From the IMG/VR virus record IMGVR_UViG_3300042863_000142, positions 1-46,040 of that record: 46,040 nt of DNA; one strand, given 5' to 3'. The DNA comes from a virus. Taxonomy: Duplodnaviria; Caudoviricetes. The translations under genes and the position numbers were made by a program. This document shows, piece by piece, positions 45,216-46,040 of this stretch (within the stretch, counting starts at the first letter, position 1; every line of letters begins with the position of its first letter). The notes under the pieces were generated by a model. It made no database searches and was not told where the DNA came from. It saw only the letters and a list, made by a program, of their open reading frames with translations.

Positions 45216-45541
45216 AGGTTGCCGCCTTTCTTTGTTGGGCAAGGCCAGACGCTCATCAAGGGCAGCGTCACCAGCACTGAGCCGTTCATGTGCCGATTGG
45301 CCGGGGTGTTGTAGATGTAGTTGCGCACCATGTCCCGCACTTGACCGAGCGTCACGGTTGCGGGGGCGCAGTGATACTCGCCGCGAGTCATGTCAACCAC
45401 GCCAGCCACATAGCCCATGGCCAGCATGTTTTGACTTGCATCCCCAGAGTCCATGCGCTGGAGCAACTCGTTGCCCGAGTAGAACTGCGCCGATGCGGTT
45501 GTGCTGGCAACAAGGGCCAGCGCGGTGATGATGTGTTTCAT
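45212..45541 (-). CDS. Secreted Rap1a-like immunity protein
   Basis: Signal peptide, then SGNELL...GYVAGVVD...CAPATVTLGQVRDMVRNYI...WPC. Confidence 0.75.
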   Translation of the reverse strand: MKHIITALALVASTTASAQFYSGNELLQRMDSGDASQNMLAMGYVAGVVDMTRGEYHCAPATVTLGQVRDMVRNYIYNTPANRHMNGSVLVTLPLMSVWPCPTKKGGNL

Positions 45542-46008
45542 ACTCCGTTCTCCTTGCTTGCGTCATTTTTAGCAGAGAGCCAAGCCTCAATAACCTCCGA
45601 GTCCCAGCCAACAGCTCTGCCCCCAGAGAGGATGGGTTTGGGCTTGGGCAAAGTGCCTTTTGCAATCAGCACGTATATAGAACTGACACTTAGGCCCAGC
45701 CGAGCCGACAGCTCCGGCATCCGAACGATGCGCGATAGTTCATTGACATTCACTGAAGGTTGGGGCTTTTGCTTTTTGCCTGATTTTGGTTGGCTCGCTT
45801 TTGACTGTCGAGTTAATTCGATAGCCGCCTCGTTCTCCTTGCTTGCGCCCTCGATGGCTACGCACCACACAATGAAGTTCTGCTCTTTGCCCTTCTGTGC
45901 AAGCCACTCGCCAAACTCTTTCACCAATACATCGGTCTTGATTGGGTAGAACGATGCCATCTTTACTGTGAAAACAATGTCTTCTGTTACTGCGTGTACG
46001 CTGCTCAT
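45538..46008 (-). CDS. AlpA-family HTH regulator with N-terminal extension
   Basis: IVRMPELSARLGLSVSSIYVLIAKGTLPKP...RAVGWDSEVIEAWL. Confidence 0.8.
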   Translation of the reverse strand: MSSVHAVTEDIVFTVKMASFYPIKTDVLVKEFGEWLAQKGKEQNFIVWCVAIEGASKENEAAIELTRQSKASQPKSGKKQKPQPSVNVNELSRIVRMPELSARLGLSVSSIYVLIAKGTLPKPKPILSGGRAVGWDSEVIEAWLSAKNDASKENGV

Positions 46009-46040
46009 TTGATTCTCCGTTCACAGTATTTGTTGATCTC

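Noticed and set aside
1-46040. Prophage boundaries, host genes or a firm host assignment
   Set aside because: No integrase, att site or bacterial housekeeping gene is in the window; only a Gram-negative host can be inferred from the spanins and lipoproteins.

Overview
The window is a large, partial piece of a tailed dsDNA bacteriophage genome. Gene order looks podovirus-like: no tape measure, sheath or tube genes, but large ejection-type proteins. The + strand (1-41698) is one late/structural region: terS end, LexA-like DNA-binding gene, terL, portal, GroES-like co-chaperonin, scaffold, major capsid, small basic proteins, adaptors, tail/glycine-rich fibre genes, lysis genes (nested spanins, M15 endolysin), tail nozzle-like gene, ejection proteins and a 3048-aa polyvalent protein. 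The - strand (41679-46008) holds converging small accessory genes (putative nuclease, MazG/PRA-PH-like hydrolase, Rap1a-like protein, AlpA regulator). No replication genes, integrase, tRNA or CRISPR were seen. Four unexplained signals stand out: (1) two small +1-frame genes with their own RBS nested in linkers of the giant protein, each right after an effector-like domain; (2) about 31 copies of GTTTAAAC/GTGTAAAC, including at promoter-like sites; (3) a three-helix interlocked pseudoknot leader after the capsid gene; (4) a hydrophobic-x-x-Gly-Gly motif shared by many unrelated putative internal virion proteins. All family calls come from recognising motifs by eye, not from database searches.
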